Under the pieces are notes generated by a model, which did not search any database, was not told where the DNA came from, and saw nothing but the letters and a program-made list of their open reading frames with translations. The translations under genes were made by a program, and so were the position numbers. From positions 1-19,556 of the forward strand of contig NW_021824105.1 in NCBI RefSeq assembly GCF_006345805.1: a DNA stretch of 19,556 nt, given 5' to 3'. This document shows positions 1 to 10,905 of the stretch, piece after piece. Each line of letters begins with the position of its first letter. The stretch's first letter is position 1. Source of the stretch: Octopus sinensis (lineage: Eukaryota).

Positions 1-290
1 CGTGACCTGAATCCTGAAAGAGAAGCCCGATATATGTTGCAGCGCAGAAATAAGCGTTCAGAAGAAAGTACAGAACTGACTACGATTCAGAATCTGTCAA
101 ATGCAGAAAGTGCGGCGAAACTGGAAACACAATGTGGAATATTTTGACCGAATTTAGTAAATTGGTTCGGAGAGAATTACAAAAGGAGACACGACGATAT
201 CGCCAGAAACGACTTATTGGGAACTATGTAATAGGTTTGGATTGGAAAGGCGGGGGGGGGGGGGGAATGGTACGAACATGGAACAAAGGT
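1..290 (+). mobile_element. Decayed C-terminal (CCHC zinc-knuckle region) fragment of an R4/Dong-type non-LTR retrotransposon
   Basis: Manual translation across frameshifts and a stop gives DLNPEREA..AAQK*AFR..CRKCGETGNTMWNILTEFSKL..YKRRHDDIAR..WELCNRFGLER..EWYEH. This matches the AAQEQ / CRxCxxxxETxxHIxxxC / YxxRHD block of RLE-type LINEs. Runs off the window edge. Confidence 0.8.
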
Positions 291-972
291 TCATGTTCAT
301 ACTAAAAAACCGCGTTATTCGGGTGCTTGCTGAGTAGACACCGAGTAAAATTGCAGATGCTGAAAGTTCATCCTTGAACAGCACTTGATCCAGGACTGAA
401 ACTTGTTCAAGAGCGACAACCGCCAGGAAAATGTGTCAATTGAAAAGTGTTTTTCACCTGCTCACCGTGACCGTTATTACGATGATATCGGGATACTTCC
501 AGGTAGGTTGGCCTAAACACGTACCGTGCACCATTAATGACAGCAGTGTAAGCCCCTACGCAGTAGATGTTTAGTTTACGGTTCTTCTGACTAGAGGAAC
601 CCGTATCTTCAAAAAAAAAAAAAGAAAAAGAAATAATAATAAGAGAAAGGAAAAGCGAAAAACATACGTTCCCATCAGGCCAGATTTTTCATAGGGCAAG
701 ATATACTATGTTAATTTCAGATGTTATTATATACCAACGAACGATGTACCCATAAGTCACTTCCATTTAAAACATTTAGAGAAAATTTCAGCTCACCTGA
801 ATGAAACTGATAACCATGCTCGCGACCTATACATAATTCTTCTATTCTTGAAAGGCTGGTTCAAACCAGAGTTTCAGAATTTTAACCAGACTTTGGGTGC
901 AGCAATAGAAGTAACCGCAAAACAGATACAGATTTTCTTTGCTCCAGTTGGAGATGGGATAAAGACTTCAAC

Positions 973-1423
973 TAGCCACAAGGGTGGCTGTGTGGTAAGT
1001 AGCTTGTTTACTAACCACATAGTTCCGTGTTCAGTACCATTGCGTGGTACCTTGGGCAAGTGTCTTCTACTATAGCCTCGGGCCGACCAAAGCCTTGTGA
1101 GTGGATTTGGTAGACGGAAACTGAAAGAAGCCCGTCGCATATATGTATATATATATATATAAATATATATATAAATATATATATATGTGTGTGTGTGAGT
1201 TTGTATGTCTGTGTTTGTCCCCCCAACATCGCTTGACAGCCGATGCTGGTGTGTTTATGTACCCGTCACTTAGCGGTTCGGCAAAAGAGACCGATAGAAT
1301 AAGTACTGGGCTTACAAAAAGTATAAGTCCCGGGGTCGAGTTGCTCGATTTAAAGCGGTGCTCCAGCATGGCCGCAGTCAAATGACTGAAACAAGTAAAA
1401 GAGTTAAAGAGAGTAAAAGAGTA
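973..1423 (+). mobile_element. tRNA-derived SINE family A, copy 1 (CORE-like body, internal TA/TG microsatellite, GAGTAAAA-type tail)
   Basis: A-box TGGCTGTGTGG, B-box-like GTTCAGTACC, CORE-like ACCTTGGGCAAGT. Closely similar to 7547-7946, 8562-8962 and 18665-19095. Confidence 0.92.
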
Positions 1424-1816
1424 TCTATCCAACAGTAGGGTCCAGTGCCGAAACGTACGGGAAAGATGTGATGGAGAAATTTTTGACGACCGAGCGCGAG
1501 GCGTGAAATGATCCTGAAATGTGGCCACTTAGTTTGACCGACAAACAGGTACCATGGTAAATTATAGCAATCCAATCCCTGAAGAAGACGCTGTAACTGA
1601 CCGGACTTTGAACAGCAGCCATGTTGCGGTGCTGGGCTTTGTTCTACGATCTAAACTTGTCTTTACTCGATTTAATATTTCTTCGCAATTGTTGAGAGAA
1701 CTGTGATGGGGTTTATTTTCAGAGCAACGCTCAAATGTTTATGAAATCTATCGTTACGACACAGAATGCTTGAATGTCCATACAGATGTCACGTATGTTC
1801 ATTAGTCAGGTGATAG

Positions 1817-2048
1817 GGCGGCGAGCTGGCAGAATCGTTAGCACGCCGGGCGAAATGCGTAGCCGTATTTCGTCTGCCGTTACATTCTGAGTTCAAATTC
1901 CGCCGAGGTTGACTTTGCCTTTCATCCTTTCGGGGTCGATAAATTAAGTACCAGTTACGCACTGGGGATCGATGTAATCGACTTAAACCGTTTGTCTGTC
2001 CTTGTTTGTCCCCTCTATGTTTAGCCCCTTGTGGGTAGTAAAGAAATA
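1817..2048 (+). mobile_element. tRNA-derived SINE family B, copy 1 (tail type 1)
   Basis: A-box-like TGGCAGAATCG, B-box GAGTTCAAATTCC. Target-site duplication AGGTGAT(A/G)G at 1808-1816 and 2049-2057. Homologous to 15966-16178 and 17968-18365. Confidence 0.9.
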
Positions 2049-2650
2049 AGGTGATGGGTGTAAAAATAATTGTGCTAGGTACCATTTGTATAACAGTGTA
2101 ATATTTTCGATGTAAGTGAATTTATGCGTCATGCGGAGACAACGCAAAGTTCTCGTAATGAAACACGAGAGTAGCAAATTTTTACACATAAAGACCGTTT
2201 ATCTGATTTTAAAATAGCACACCAAGAAGTCACATTATTTCGTATACATTTTCACCACACTTACACATTTACAGAATCTTATATTCAAACAAGCAGATAT
2301 ACCCAACATCATGCAACACTACAAAAATATTTAGCTAAAGGACTATCCTACAGCTACACAGAAATCTGTTGCAAACATCCAAGCTTCAAGCTCTACCGAT
2401 TACAAGAATAAATATTAAATATTAAATATTTGGCAACGACAGGTGAACATTTCGTGGCTACGCTATGAATTGCATGTTCATAAACCACTAGAAAGGAAAT
2501 TAATATTTGTAGATTTGTACAGAACAGAAGAAAGTAAAAATAATATTTTTTGGATTCTACTATAAGCTTTTGATATCTTCAGGGGGTTAGCTCTTGTATT
2601 TATTAGACAAAAGAAACAAGTGGATGGATGCATAAATCCATAAATACTTA

Positions 2651-3037
2651 TTTGGAAGCACTCCGTCGATTACAACGACAAGGGTTCCGGTTGATCCGAA
2701 TCAACGGAACAGCCTGCTCATGAAATTAACGTGTAAGTGGCTGAGCACTCCACAGACACGTGTACCCTTAACGTAGTTCTCGGGGATATTCAGCATGACA
2801 CAGAGAGTGACAAGGCCGGCCCCTTGAAATACAGGTACAACAGAAACAGGAAGTAAGAGTGAAAGAAAGTTGTGGTGAAAGAGTACAGCAGGGATCACCA
2901 CCATCCCCTGCCGGAGCCTCGTGGAGCTTTAGGTGTTTTCGTTCAATAAACACTCACAACGCCCGGTCTGGGAATCGAAACCGCGATCCTACGACCGCGA
3001 GTCCGCTGCCCTAACCACTAGGCCATTGCGCCTCCAC
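2651..3037 (-). mobile_element. tRNA-derived SINE family C, copy 1
   Basis: Minus-strand head GTGGAGGCGCAATGGCCTAGTGG..GTTTCGATTCC. TSD AAATACTTA at 2642-2650 and 3038-3046. Nearly identical to 5241-5628. Confidence 0.93.
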
Positions 3038-3084
3038 AAATACTTACTTACTTCTACGAATTACTGCGATTACTGACTAGGCTA

Positions 3085-3440
3085 CCTCTATAGCCTGCTA
3101 GAAACAACAACCAATCCTACATCAACTCAAGCATTAAATAATGTTCTTCTAGATATTGAGAAAAAGGTGGGCTAGTCATAACTGAGGTGCCTTCGATCTT
3201 AGATCTGCTGGGTCAGGAGTGACCTAGAATTAAACAACAACTGCCATAGACGACAGGGAGTCTCTATGTGGATACCTGATCTGCTTGAAATATCAGTCTA
3301 ACTATTTTCAAATCACACCCTACTCTCTTAAGAAAGGGAATGCCATTAGGTAATTTAGTCTGTTATGTTCCAGAATATTAGGGATCATCATAACAGAATG
3401 CCTTTGATCATAGGTCTCCTCAATCAGGATAGAACTGATG
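3085..3440 (+). repeat. Two adjacent old, diverged copies of a ~160-190 bp retroposon 3' end
   Basis: Shared blocks between ~3085-3241 and ~3255-3440: CTGCTAGAAA/CTGCTTGAAA, TCATAAC, TGCCTTCGATCTTAGATCTGCT/TGCCTTTGATCATAGGTCTCCT, TCAGGA. The first copy ends in AAACAACAAC. Confidence 0.55.
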
Positions 3441-3793
3441 GTGATGGTGCGAAGGAGAGGTTAATAACAACCAAAACAATAACAAAAGTCTCTATCAGAT
3501 GTATCTATCAATTTGGAATCAACAGTATTGACTTTGTGCAGGAAATCGATACTATTTACGTCATGTACGTAATTCTTGTTCTACATCGAATACCGAAACA
3601 ATTCTCATACCAAACTTTTAGGTAAGGCAGCAAGAACAATGTCAGAGCAGAGAACATATAAAATTCAATTCCACTTTTATTAAAGCGAACGGACTTCAAT
3701 GAGGTTGTCGTTCTTCTGCTTGCGCAAGATATTATGTAGCGAAATCGCTAAAAAAACAAAGTACAGTTAACTTGTCTTGAGGAATGAAAAAAT

Positions 3794-3824
3794 CCAACGT
3801 TTCGAACACAATCTTTCTTCAGGG
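3794..3824 (-). ncRNA. Minimal type I hammerhead motif in the inverted Penelope terminal repeat (stems eroded)
   Basis: Minus strand CC-CTGAAGA-AAGATTGTGTTC-GAAAC-GTT-GG. Core intact, palindromic AACGTT stem III, stem I only 2 bp, stem II weak. Confidence 0.55.
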
Positions 3825-3989
3825 TGAAAAGTTGAAAAGAGAGAAATTAACGAGGCACAGCAGAATCTTGGATCCTCAAACTTGAAAAAAAAACTGGCTG
3901 CAACTGATAAGGATCGCAGATCCACGTGAGCTTCAACTATTTTAAAATTGAAGAAGGAAAGATTAATGGAATGAGGAGAAATTTACTAC

Positions 3990-5140
3990 TCTGGGGAAAT
4001 TTATAAACATGTTGGTAATGAAGCTATGGAAGTAGAATGGTCGCCAGTTATGCCATATTATTTGTAGGCCATATTGAAGAGCTAATATTTGCTCAGTAGA
4101 CCCATACCAGAACAATATGGTCGTTATTTCGACGACACTGTCGGCGCCATAACCGTTACCAGATAACAGCTCAACAACTTGATCTCTTTCGCTGATGCCT
4201 TTCTTCCTATCTTGGAATTTATCTCCACGGTATCCGATAGTTCTGTTAGTGATCTAGTTATCTCCATCACAATAAATAGTATCTATATTGCCACCTCTGT
4301 CCACTACAAACCCACTGAGTCCCACTCTGCTTTTATTCTCACCCCCCACAAATTAAATTTTCCATAACTTTCAATTCCTTCACCTTATCCTTCTCTGAAG
4401 CATTGATTTAGATCTTGAATCCAATGCTAAAGAACCTGACAATTCTTCCTGAATCGAGAGTACACCGGATTACTCTTGGACCTGGCAATCTGCCGGGTCC
4501 AGGCAATCATCCGTGCCATTGTTTTCCTACAGTTTTTATGCACATCCACTCTCACTTTTTCTCTCGTCTTCTTAACTCGTCGTCTTCCTATTGAATGATA
4601 AACTCATCTGAAACTTCCATATTCTAATTTCAACAACATAACCTCTCCAGTCTTGCCCGAACTACCTCACATCAATTTTTAAAGAAGATAATATCTTCGG
4701 TAATCTCCAAGAGCGAAGTTCTGCAGCATCGATCTCCACACAACGAGGTACTTTTAAATACGATCATCACCGATCCTACACCTACCCCAACATTTACAAT
4801 ACAACCATCACTGGGCATAAGACACAACATGATATTGCCCAGAACTTGTATAATATATTGTCTAACCTTACATATTGCATCATATGCAAACTATGGGGCG
4901 CCCTTTACATTGAGGAAATAAGTCGACAACTTGTTAATCGCTTTCGGGAGCATATTCAAAGTATACTGCTACGTATATCCAACCAATCTGTGAATGCCCA
5001 CTGTAGTTCTACAGGCCATTCCATGACTCACTTATCAACGTGTATTACTGCGCACCATGTTTCCACATTCTTAACGAAACGGAGGGAACAACGCTTTACA
5101 TGTAAACTCGGTACCATATCACCGACAGGTTTAAATGAAG
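3990..5140 (+). pseudogene. Penelope-type reverse transcriptase C-terminal half + GIY-YIG endonuclease, frameshifted
   Basis: GEIYKHVGNEAM..RMVASYAILFVGHIEE; YGRYFDD; TSVHYKPTESHS; linker GTFKYDHHRSYTYP (decayed Cys motif); SNLTYCIICKLWGALYIEEISRQLVNRFREH..HS..REQRF..KLGTISPTGLN. Confidence 0.9.
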
Positions 5141-5240
5141 TGTTTTTCTTCTTAAACCCTTTCTTATCTTTCAAGCATCATCTCTCCTCGTTTCCCCCTT
5201 CACCTCACTAACGACATTGCCCGCTTTTCCTCATTACATT

Positions 5241-5628
5241 GGAATGGAAGCACTCCGTCGGTTACGACGACGTTGGTTCCGGTTGATCCGAATCAACGGA
5301 ACAGCCTGCTTGTGAAATTAACGTGTAAGTGGCTGAGCACTCCACAGACACGTGTACTCTTAACGCAGTTCTCGGGGATATTCAGCGTGACACAGAGAGT
5401 GACAAGGCCGGCCCTTTGAAATATAGGTACAACAGATACAGGAAGTAAGAGTGAGAGAAAGTTGTGGTGAAAGAGTACAGCAAGGATCACCACCATCCCT
5501 GCCGGAGCCTCGTGGAGCTTTAGGTGTTTTCGCTCAATAAACACTCACAACGCCCGGTCTGGGAATCGAAACCACGATCCTACGACCGCGAGTCCGCTGC
5601 CCTAACCACTGGGCCATTGCGCCTCCAC
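5241..5628 (-). mobile_element. tRNA-derived SINE family C, copy 2, nested in the Penelope-like element
   Basis: 12-bp TSD CCTCATTACATT at 5229-5240 and 5629-5640. Pol III A/B boxes at the right end. Confidence 0.94.
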
Positions 5629-6539
5629 CCTCATTACATTACAATTCTATTCTACCTTCTTACATTTTTTCTCCTCCCGCTTCTTGTTCAGTTATGGCGA
5701 TCTTTCGTTCTCTCGTTCCTCTTCCGTTGCAGCCAATTTTTATACATCATAGTATATAAGCCTCTACTGTATCTCATTAATTATTTTTCTCCTTTAAACT
5801 TTTCCCTCGATCAAGAATTTTGTGTGAAATATCGGGTTTTTAACTCCTCACAGCAAGTTCACTATGCTCTTGTTGTTTTGATATATATATATTTATATAT
5901 ACATAACTATTACACACATACACGCAGGTACACTCACACAAAGAGAATGCACTACAAACTATGCATCATATTAAGATATCCCGTCTGACAAAGAGAAAAA
6001 TATAACGAGACTAGAACAGTCGCAAAACTTCGGAAATTAGCTTATAAATTAACATGTACGTCATAGCAAATATGAGAAATGTAGTCGTATTAGACATAAG
6101 ATAAGGTGATATGTCAGAGGAAAATACATATTTTAAAACTGATGTGTATTATTCAATTTAAACGACAATATTGCATGATTGAAACTTCAACCGTAAATGT
6201 ATGTGTGTATGTGTATTTGTGTATGTATGTATGTGTATCCCCCTCTTTGTTTTAAGAATAGAACTAAGATTTCAGAATATGAAACTCTATAAATAGAAAT
6301 TTTAATTATGAAATTAATCTAATGCCAGGAACATTTAAACAGTTAAAAATCGATACATCTTTGTATCGACTAACGAAAATCAAACCCGAAGACAAAAACT
6401 TAATGATGCAATAGCAATAACAATAAAACATACAAATCTAGCCATTATAAACTCAATGGAAACAGATTCAAATATCAATAACCTTAGAATGTTCAAAGAA
6501 TAATACATGTGGCAGCCACAAAAGTTAGAAAGATATATA

Positions 6540-7445
6540 CAGGGTGCGGAGAATAAATTGTCGTCTAATTTACGCAAAATTTAAAATAACACTGACGTCT
6601 CATGTTAACAGGTATATTTACCAAAATTACATTGAAATATCTTGAAATATCAAAGAGTAAATTTATTCAATAAAATTGCCATTGGCTTCAACCATGGCGT
6701 CCAGACGACTTCAGAATCTCTTGCAATTCTTCTGGATGGTCTACTTGTTTAAGTTGGTGAATGTTGCCATAATTCTTGCCTTCAGCTCATCTTTGGTGTT
6801 ACAAGGAGTTTTGTTGGTCTTTCATTCAACTGTGCCCCACTCATTATAATCAAGGGGGTTGAAGTTTGGGAAGATAGGTAGCCAGATGTTAGGGGTGATG
6901 TGGTCGCAGAAATTGTCTGACGGCCATGATTGGTTTCTCCTGCTTGTGTGGCATGGTGCAGAGTCCTGTTGCCGGACATAGCGTCTTCCTGCATGCACCC
7001 TCTTGATCCAAGGCAGCGCTACCTCCTCCAGTCACTTGATGTAGGCCTCCGTGTGGAAAGATGAATGGAGGCATAAAGTCGCCATCACTAGTGATCACTC
7101 CAAACACTATGATGTTTGATTTTTGTTAATTTCAGTACCATGTTTTGGGGACATGGCAAGTCAACGGTTGTTCTCTGTGTTCACCATCTGTTCGTATTAG
7201 AGCTTCCGGAGCGAATGCCATCCAAACACTCTGAAATGTTCGTATTGGAGCTTCTGGCGTGAATGCCAAGCAGTACAGCATGCCGTTTCCAAGTTTCTGG
7301 AAGAGTGAATTGCATCCTGGTGCTGTTTTTCTCACAAACAGTGTCCAACTGACACAACTATGCTGTGCAGTCGACGAAATCAAAAACAGTGCGCATGCGT
7401 GAAATCGAAAATATATAATGGCGACAATTTACCCATCGCACCCAG
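6540..7445 (-). mobile_element. Internally deleted Tc1/mariner transposon, DD37D (maT) family
   Basis: Imperfect ~26-bp TIRs (CAGGGTGCG..TAAATTGTCG / CGACAATTTA..CGCACCCAG) with TA on both sides. Minus-strand VFGVITSDG..MPPFIFP..QQDSAPCH..WLPIFPNFNPLDY, with 37 residues between the two Asp. Stops present. Confidence 0.9.
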
Positions 7446-7546
7446 TATACTACCTCACATCTTCTCATATAGGAGGATCAAAAGGTATGTAAGCAAGGCG
7501 GAAAAGAAACATAGAAGGAAAGATTGAATATACATTCGAAATTTCA

Positions 7547-7946
7547 TTTTTTACTCTTTTACCTGTTTCAGTCATTTGACTGCGGCCATGCTGGAGCATC
7601 GCCTTTAGTCGAGTAAATCGACCCCGGGACTTATTCTTTGTAAGCCCAGTACTTATTCTATCGGTCTCTTTTGCCGAACCGCTAAGTGACGGGGACATAA
7701 ACACACCAGCATCGGTTGTCAAGCAATGCTAGGGGGACAAACACAGACACACAAACATATACACACACCTATATATGTATACATATATACGACAGGCTTC
7801 TTTCAGTTTCCGTCTACCAAATCCACTCACAAAGCATTGGTCGGCCCGGAGCTATAGCAGAAGACACTTGCCCAAGATGCCACGCAGTGGGACTGAACCC
7901 GGAACCATGTGGTTTTAAGCACGCTACTTATCACACAGCCACTCCT
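7547..7946 (-). mobile_element. SINE family A, copy 2
   Basis: Reverse complement of 973-1423. B-box GGGTTCAGTCCC on the minus strand. Confidence 0.92.
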
Positions 7947-7997
7947 ATTAACAGCAAAGACATAACTTTCGAATAATACGGTCTCGGGTTCATAGGA

Positions 7998-8024
7998 AGA
8001 GAGAGAGAGAGAGAGGGAGAGAGG

Positions 8025-8057
<33 letters not shown>
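7998..8057. repeat. (GA)n microsatellite
   Basis: Seen directly. Confidence 0.95.
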
Positions 8058-8058
<1 letters not shown>

Positions 8059-8561
8059 ATAATTACAAAAACACGACACAAAATTCGAATTTGAAAGGTC
8101 TGAGAAAAGAGAACACCGTTAAGTTTCAAAAAGAAAAAAATATCAAAAAAAATCAGCAAAAACAAAACATCCCCGCCCCCAAATCTGTTGTAATAGAAAA
8201 AAAATGCATTAATCATTTGAATAAAATAATCAGAATCCGACCTAATGGCAATGTTATTAAAAACTTAAAAACTTGAAAATAACTAAGCAGAAATCAATGC
8301 GGCGCCAATAGCAATATAAGTTGAAGAATATTGGAGAGGAATATTTTAAAAATATATGCAGCATCTGAAAATTTGTGACAAAACTATTACAACACAATAA
8401 ACAGCTCATACGCCATACAGATTGAACAAACGAAAAGTAACTGAACTTGGATAGAAATGCTATCGGACATAATCAACCATATTTTGTATGTGACGAACTC
8501 AAGTTGAAAGAAAAACAACCATAGGCAATACTTTTACATCGTCACTAGACAAATTGATGTA

Positions 8562-8962
8562 TACTCTTTTACTCTTTTACTCTTTTACTTGTTTCAGTCA
8601 TTTGACTGCGGCCATGCTGGAGCACCACCTTTAATCGAGCAACTCGACCCCGGGACTTATTCTTTTGTAAGCCCAGTACTTATTCAATCGGTCTCTTTTG
8701 CCGAATCGCTAAGTAACGGGGACGTAAACACACCAGCATCGGTTGTCAAGCAATGCTAGTGGGACAAACACAGACACACAAACACACACACGCACATATA
8801 TATATACACATATATACGACGGGCTTCTTTCAGTTTCCGTCTACCAAATCCACTCACAAGGCTTTGGTCGGCCCGATGCTATAGTAGAAGATACTTGCCC
8901 AAGATGCCACGCAGTGGGACTGAACCCGGAACCATGTGGTTGGTAAACAAGCTACTTACCAC
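8562..8962 (-). mobile_element. SINE family A, copy 3 (truncated within the A-box)
   Basis: (TACTCTTT)n tail at the left. Homology stops at CTACTTACCAC. Confidence 0.92.
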
Positions 8963-9049
8963 TTACCAAAATATCTATTGCAAACATTGAATACATGAAA
9001 ATTAATTACCAAAATTTCTAATGCCTCACCAAAAGACAAAAAAAAAAAT

Positions 9050-9136
9050 CGAAACCACCTTGCCTGGACTTGTGTCTCGGAGGGGAACTTTCTAGGTGCA
9101 ATCCCATGGTCTGTGTCGTGGCCGAATGGGGTCTCC
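9050..9136. repeat. Probable short fragment of another interspersed repeat
   Basis: GC-richer island resembling a SINE end as recalled from cephalopod DNA. No second copy in the window. Confidence 0.3.
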
Positions 9137-9244
9137 TCTGTATATGCATTTATTATTATTATCATTATTATCTTCCCTTAAAGTGTCAATTATGTAGGCA
9201 TCTTTTTTGTTTTTCACTACTTACCCTTCAACCGTCTAGGTGCA

Positions 9245-9246
<2 letters not shown>

Positions 9247-9282
<36 letters not shown>
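9247..9282. repeat. (GT)n microsatellite
   Basis: Seen directly. Confidence 0.95.
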
Positions 9283-9284
<2 letters not shown>

Positions 9285-9550
9285 ATGTTTTGACTGTATG
9301 TATTGGATGTATTTTCCTCTGTCCGTGTAAGTGGTGGTTTATATACACATATATATGTATTTGTTTATTTCCGTAACCCTGCCTTCGTCTTTTGTCTATT
9401 TTCATAAAGCTTCCCGTTATATATAGTCTCTCAGCGCGCCAGAACCAAGACGTTTGAAATTTTATTCCCGATGTAATCGGTAAGACTAAGCACGTGTCTG
9501 TCTTGACACAGAGAGCTGGGGTTAGTCTTGCGGTTTGCATCACGAGGACC

Positions 9551-9628
9551 GAATGTACTGAAGAAGTCACGGACACTTGAATTATGCAAGTAATTCTTTT
9601 GTTAAGACCGAAACCGAGGTATGCATTT
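9551..9628 (+). ncRNA. Type I hammerhead ribozyme, predicted cleavage after GUA (9621)
   Basis: Stem I GAATGTA(9551-57)/TGCATTT(9622-28); core CTGAAGA 9558-64; stem II GTC/GAC capped by hairpin GAATTA/TAATTC; GAAAC 9610-14; loop CGAG; GTA 9619-21. Confidence 0.78.
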
Positions 9629-9896
9629 AAGTCTGTTATTTATTTAATTTTTCATATGTCCTGCCCGCCAAAGTTGGTTCTGGTGTTCGCTGAATTCTTC
9701 CTCTAGAGAATTTCCCTTGTAGTTTGTATCGTTGATGATCTTCTTCTAGCATTCTGGCCGGCTACCTAGCAGGCCAGCCCTGCCAATATACACATATATT
9801 TGAATTTTCTCTGACTCCTCAGATTTTTTGAATGCTGGACTACTGGTTTTAAATTGATATTAAAATTAATATTAATTATCTCCCTCAATTTTTAAA

Positions 9897-10260
9897 ATAT
9901 ATACATATATTATATATATATATATACGTGTTTTAGATATATATGTGAATGTATACGTGTATATACGTAAATGTATATAAATACATACATATATATGTAC
10001 GTATTACATGTTATACATATATGTTTGTGTCTGCGTCTGTGTATATTTATGTATATGTGGGCTTGTAATTACACATATGTGCAAAAACCTGTATACAAAC
10101 GTTTGCTTGTATATATGTATATACATGCGTGTAATATATATTATATATATATATAATATATACACATGTATATATATACATGTGTGTAGGTATGTATGCA
10201 TGTATGTATGTATTTATGTATGTATGTAATGTATGTATGTATGTATGTATCTATCTATCT

Positions 10261-10325
<65 letters not shown>
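9897..10325. repeat. Compound (TA)/(TG)/(TATG)/(TC) microsatellite tract
   Basis: Seen directly. Confidence 0.95.
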
Positions 10326-10326
<1 letters not shown>

Positions 10327-10805
10327 GAGGGATAGCATGTATCATGAATTGATATATCCTTACTTTCTCGTTTTCTTTTTCTTTTTCTGATTTTTTTTTT
10401 ATTTTCCGCTTTGATGAAGTTCTACTATTTAAATTGGTATAATCAATTTTCTTTTTTTTAGTTAACTTCTTTTTTATTACCAGTTTTTTTCCTGTCATTA
10501 TTTAAGACAGGACGAAGAGGGGGGGACCGTAAAATCTTGTAGAAACGAAATAGAGAACATGACCTTTTATTTTGAAGAGAAGAAAGGAAAAGAGAAAAAA
10601 AAAATTAAAACCTAGTGTACGGAATTAAATAATTACTTACAACGATAATAATCATTATTATTGTAGTAGTTAAGCCTGAGAATAGCGCCAACAGAAACAG
10701 CTGTCAGATGAGATTTTGTCTTTTTATATCCAATAAATGATAATTGATGTTTATCAATTATCAGTCATCAATTATATCTGCGTTTTCTGTTTTCCTGATA
10801 TATAT

Positions 10806-10872
10806 ATTTGATTTTTGATTTTTGATTTTTCTAGTTTCAGCTAATGAGCCGTGGCCATGCTGGGGCACCGCC
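10806..10872 (-). mobile_element. 3' tail fragment related to SINE family A
   Basis: GTTTCAG..TGGCCATGCTGGGGCACCGCC matches the family A 3' end, but the tail repeat is (TTTTTGA)n. Confidence 0.65.
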
Positions 10873-10905
10873 ATATATATATCCGACGCGGAATAGCTGT
10901 GAAAA

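Larger units (their letters stand above)
3750..5880 (+). mobile_element. Decayed 5'-truncated Penelope-like element (probably Neptune clade) with inverted terminal repeats
   Basis: RT and GIY-YIG remnants at 3990-5140. The reverse complement of ~3750-3976 aligns with ~5629-5880 (e.g. GTTGCAGCCA, AACTTTTC, TCCTCA..CAAGTT.ACT). Confidence 0.85.

Noticed and set aside
470-530. ACGATGA..CCTAAACACGTA as a hammerhead relic
   Set aside because: Both core boxes are mismatched and there are no convincing stems.
848-1622. Overlapping short ORFs whose peptides recur elsewhere in the window
   Set aside because: They are translations of SINE copies, not conserved proteins.
2960-3037. tRNA gene-like A/B boxes (also in the other SINE heads)
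   Set aside because: Part of TSD-flanked SINEs; no acceptor stem or terminator seen.
9971-10498. Tyr/Ile/Cys-rich ORFs
   Set aside because: Dinucleotide-repeat artefacts.
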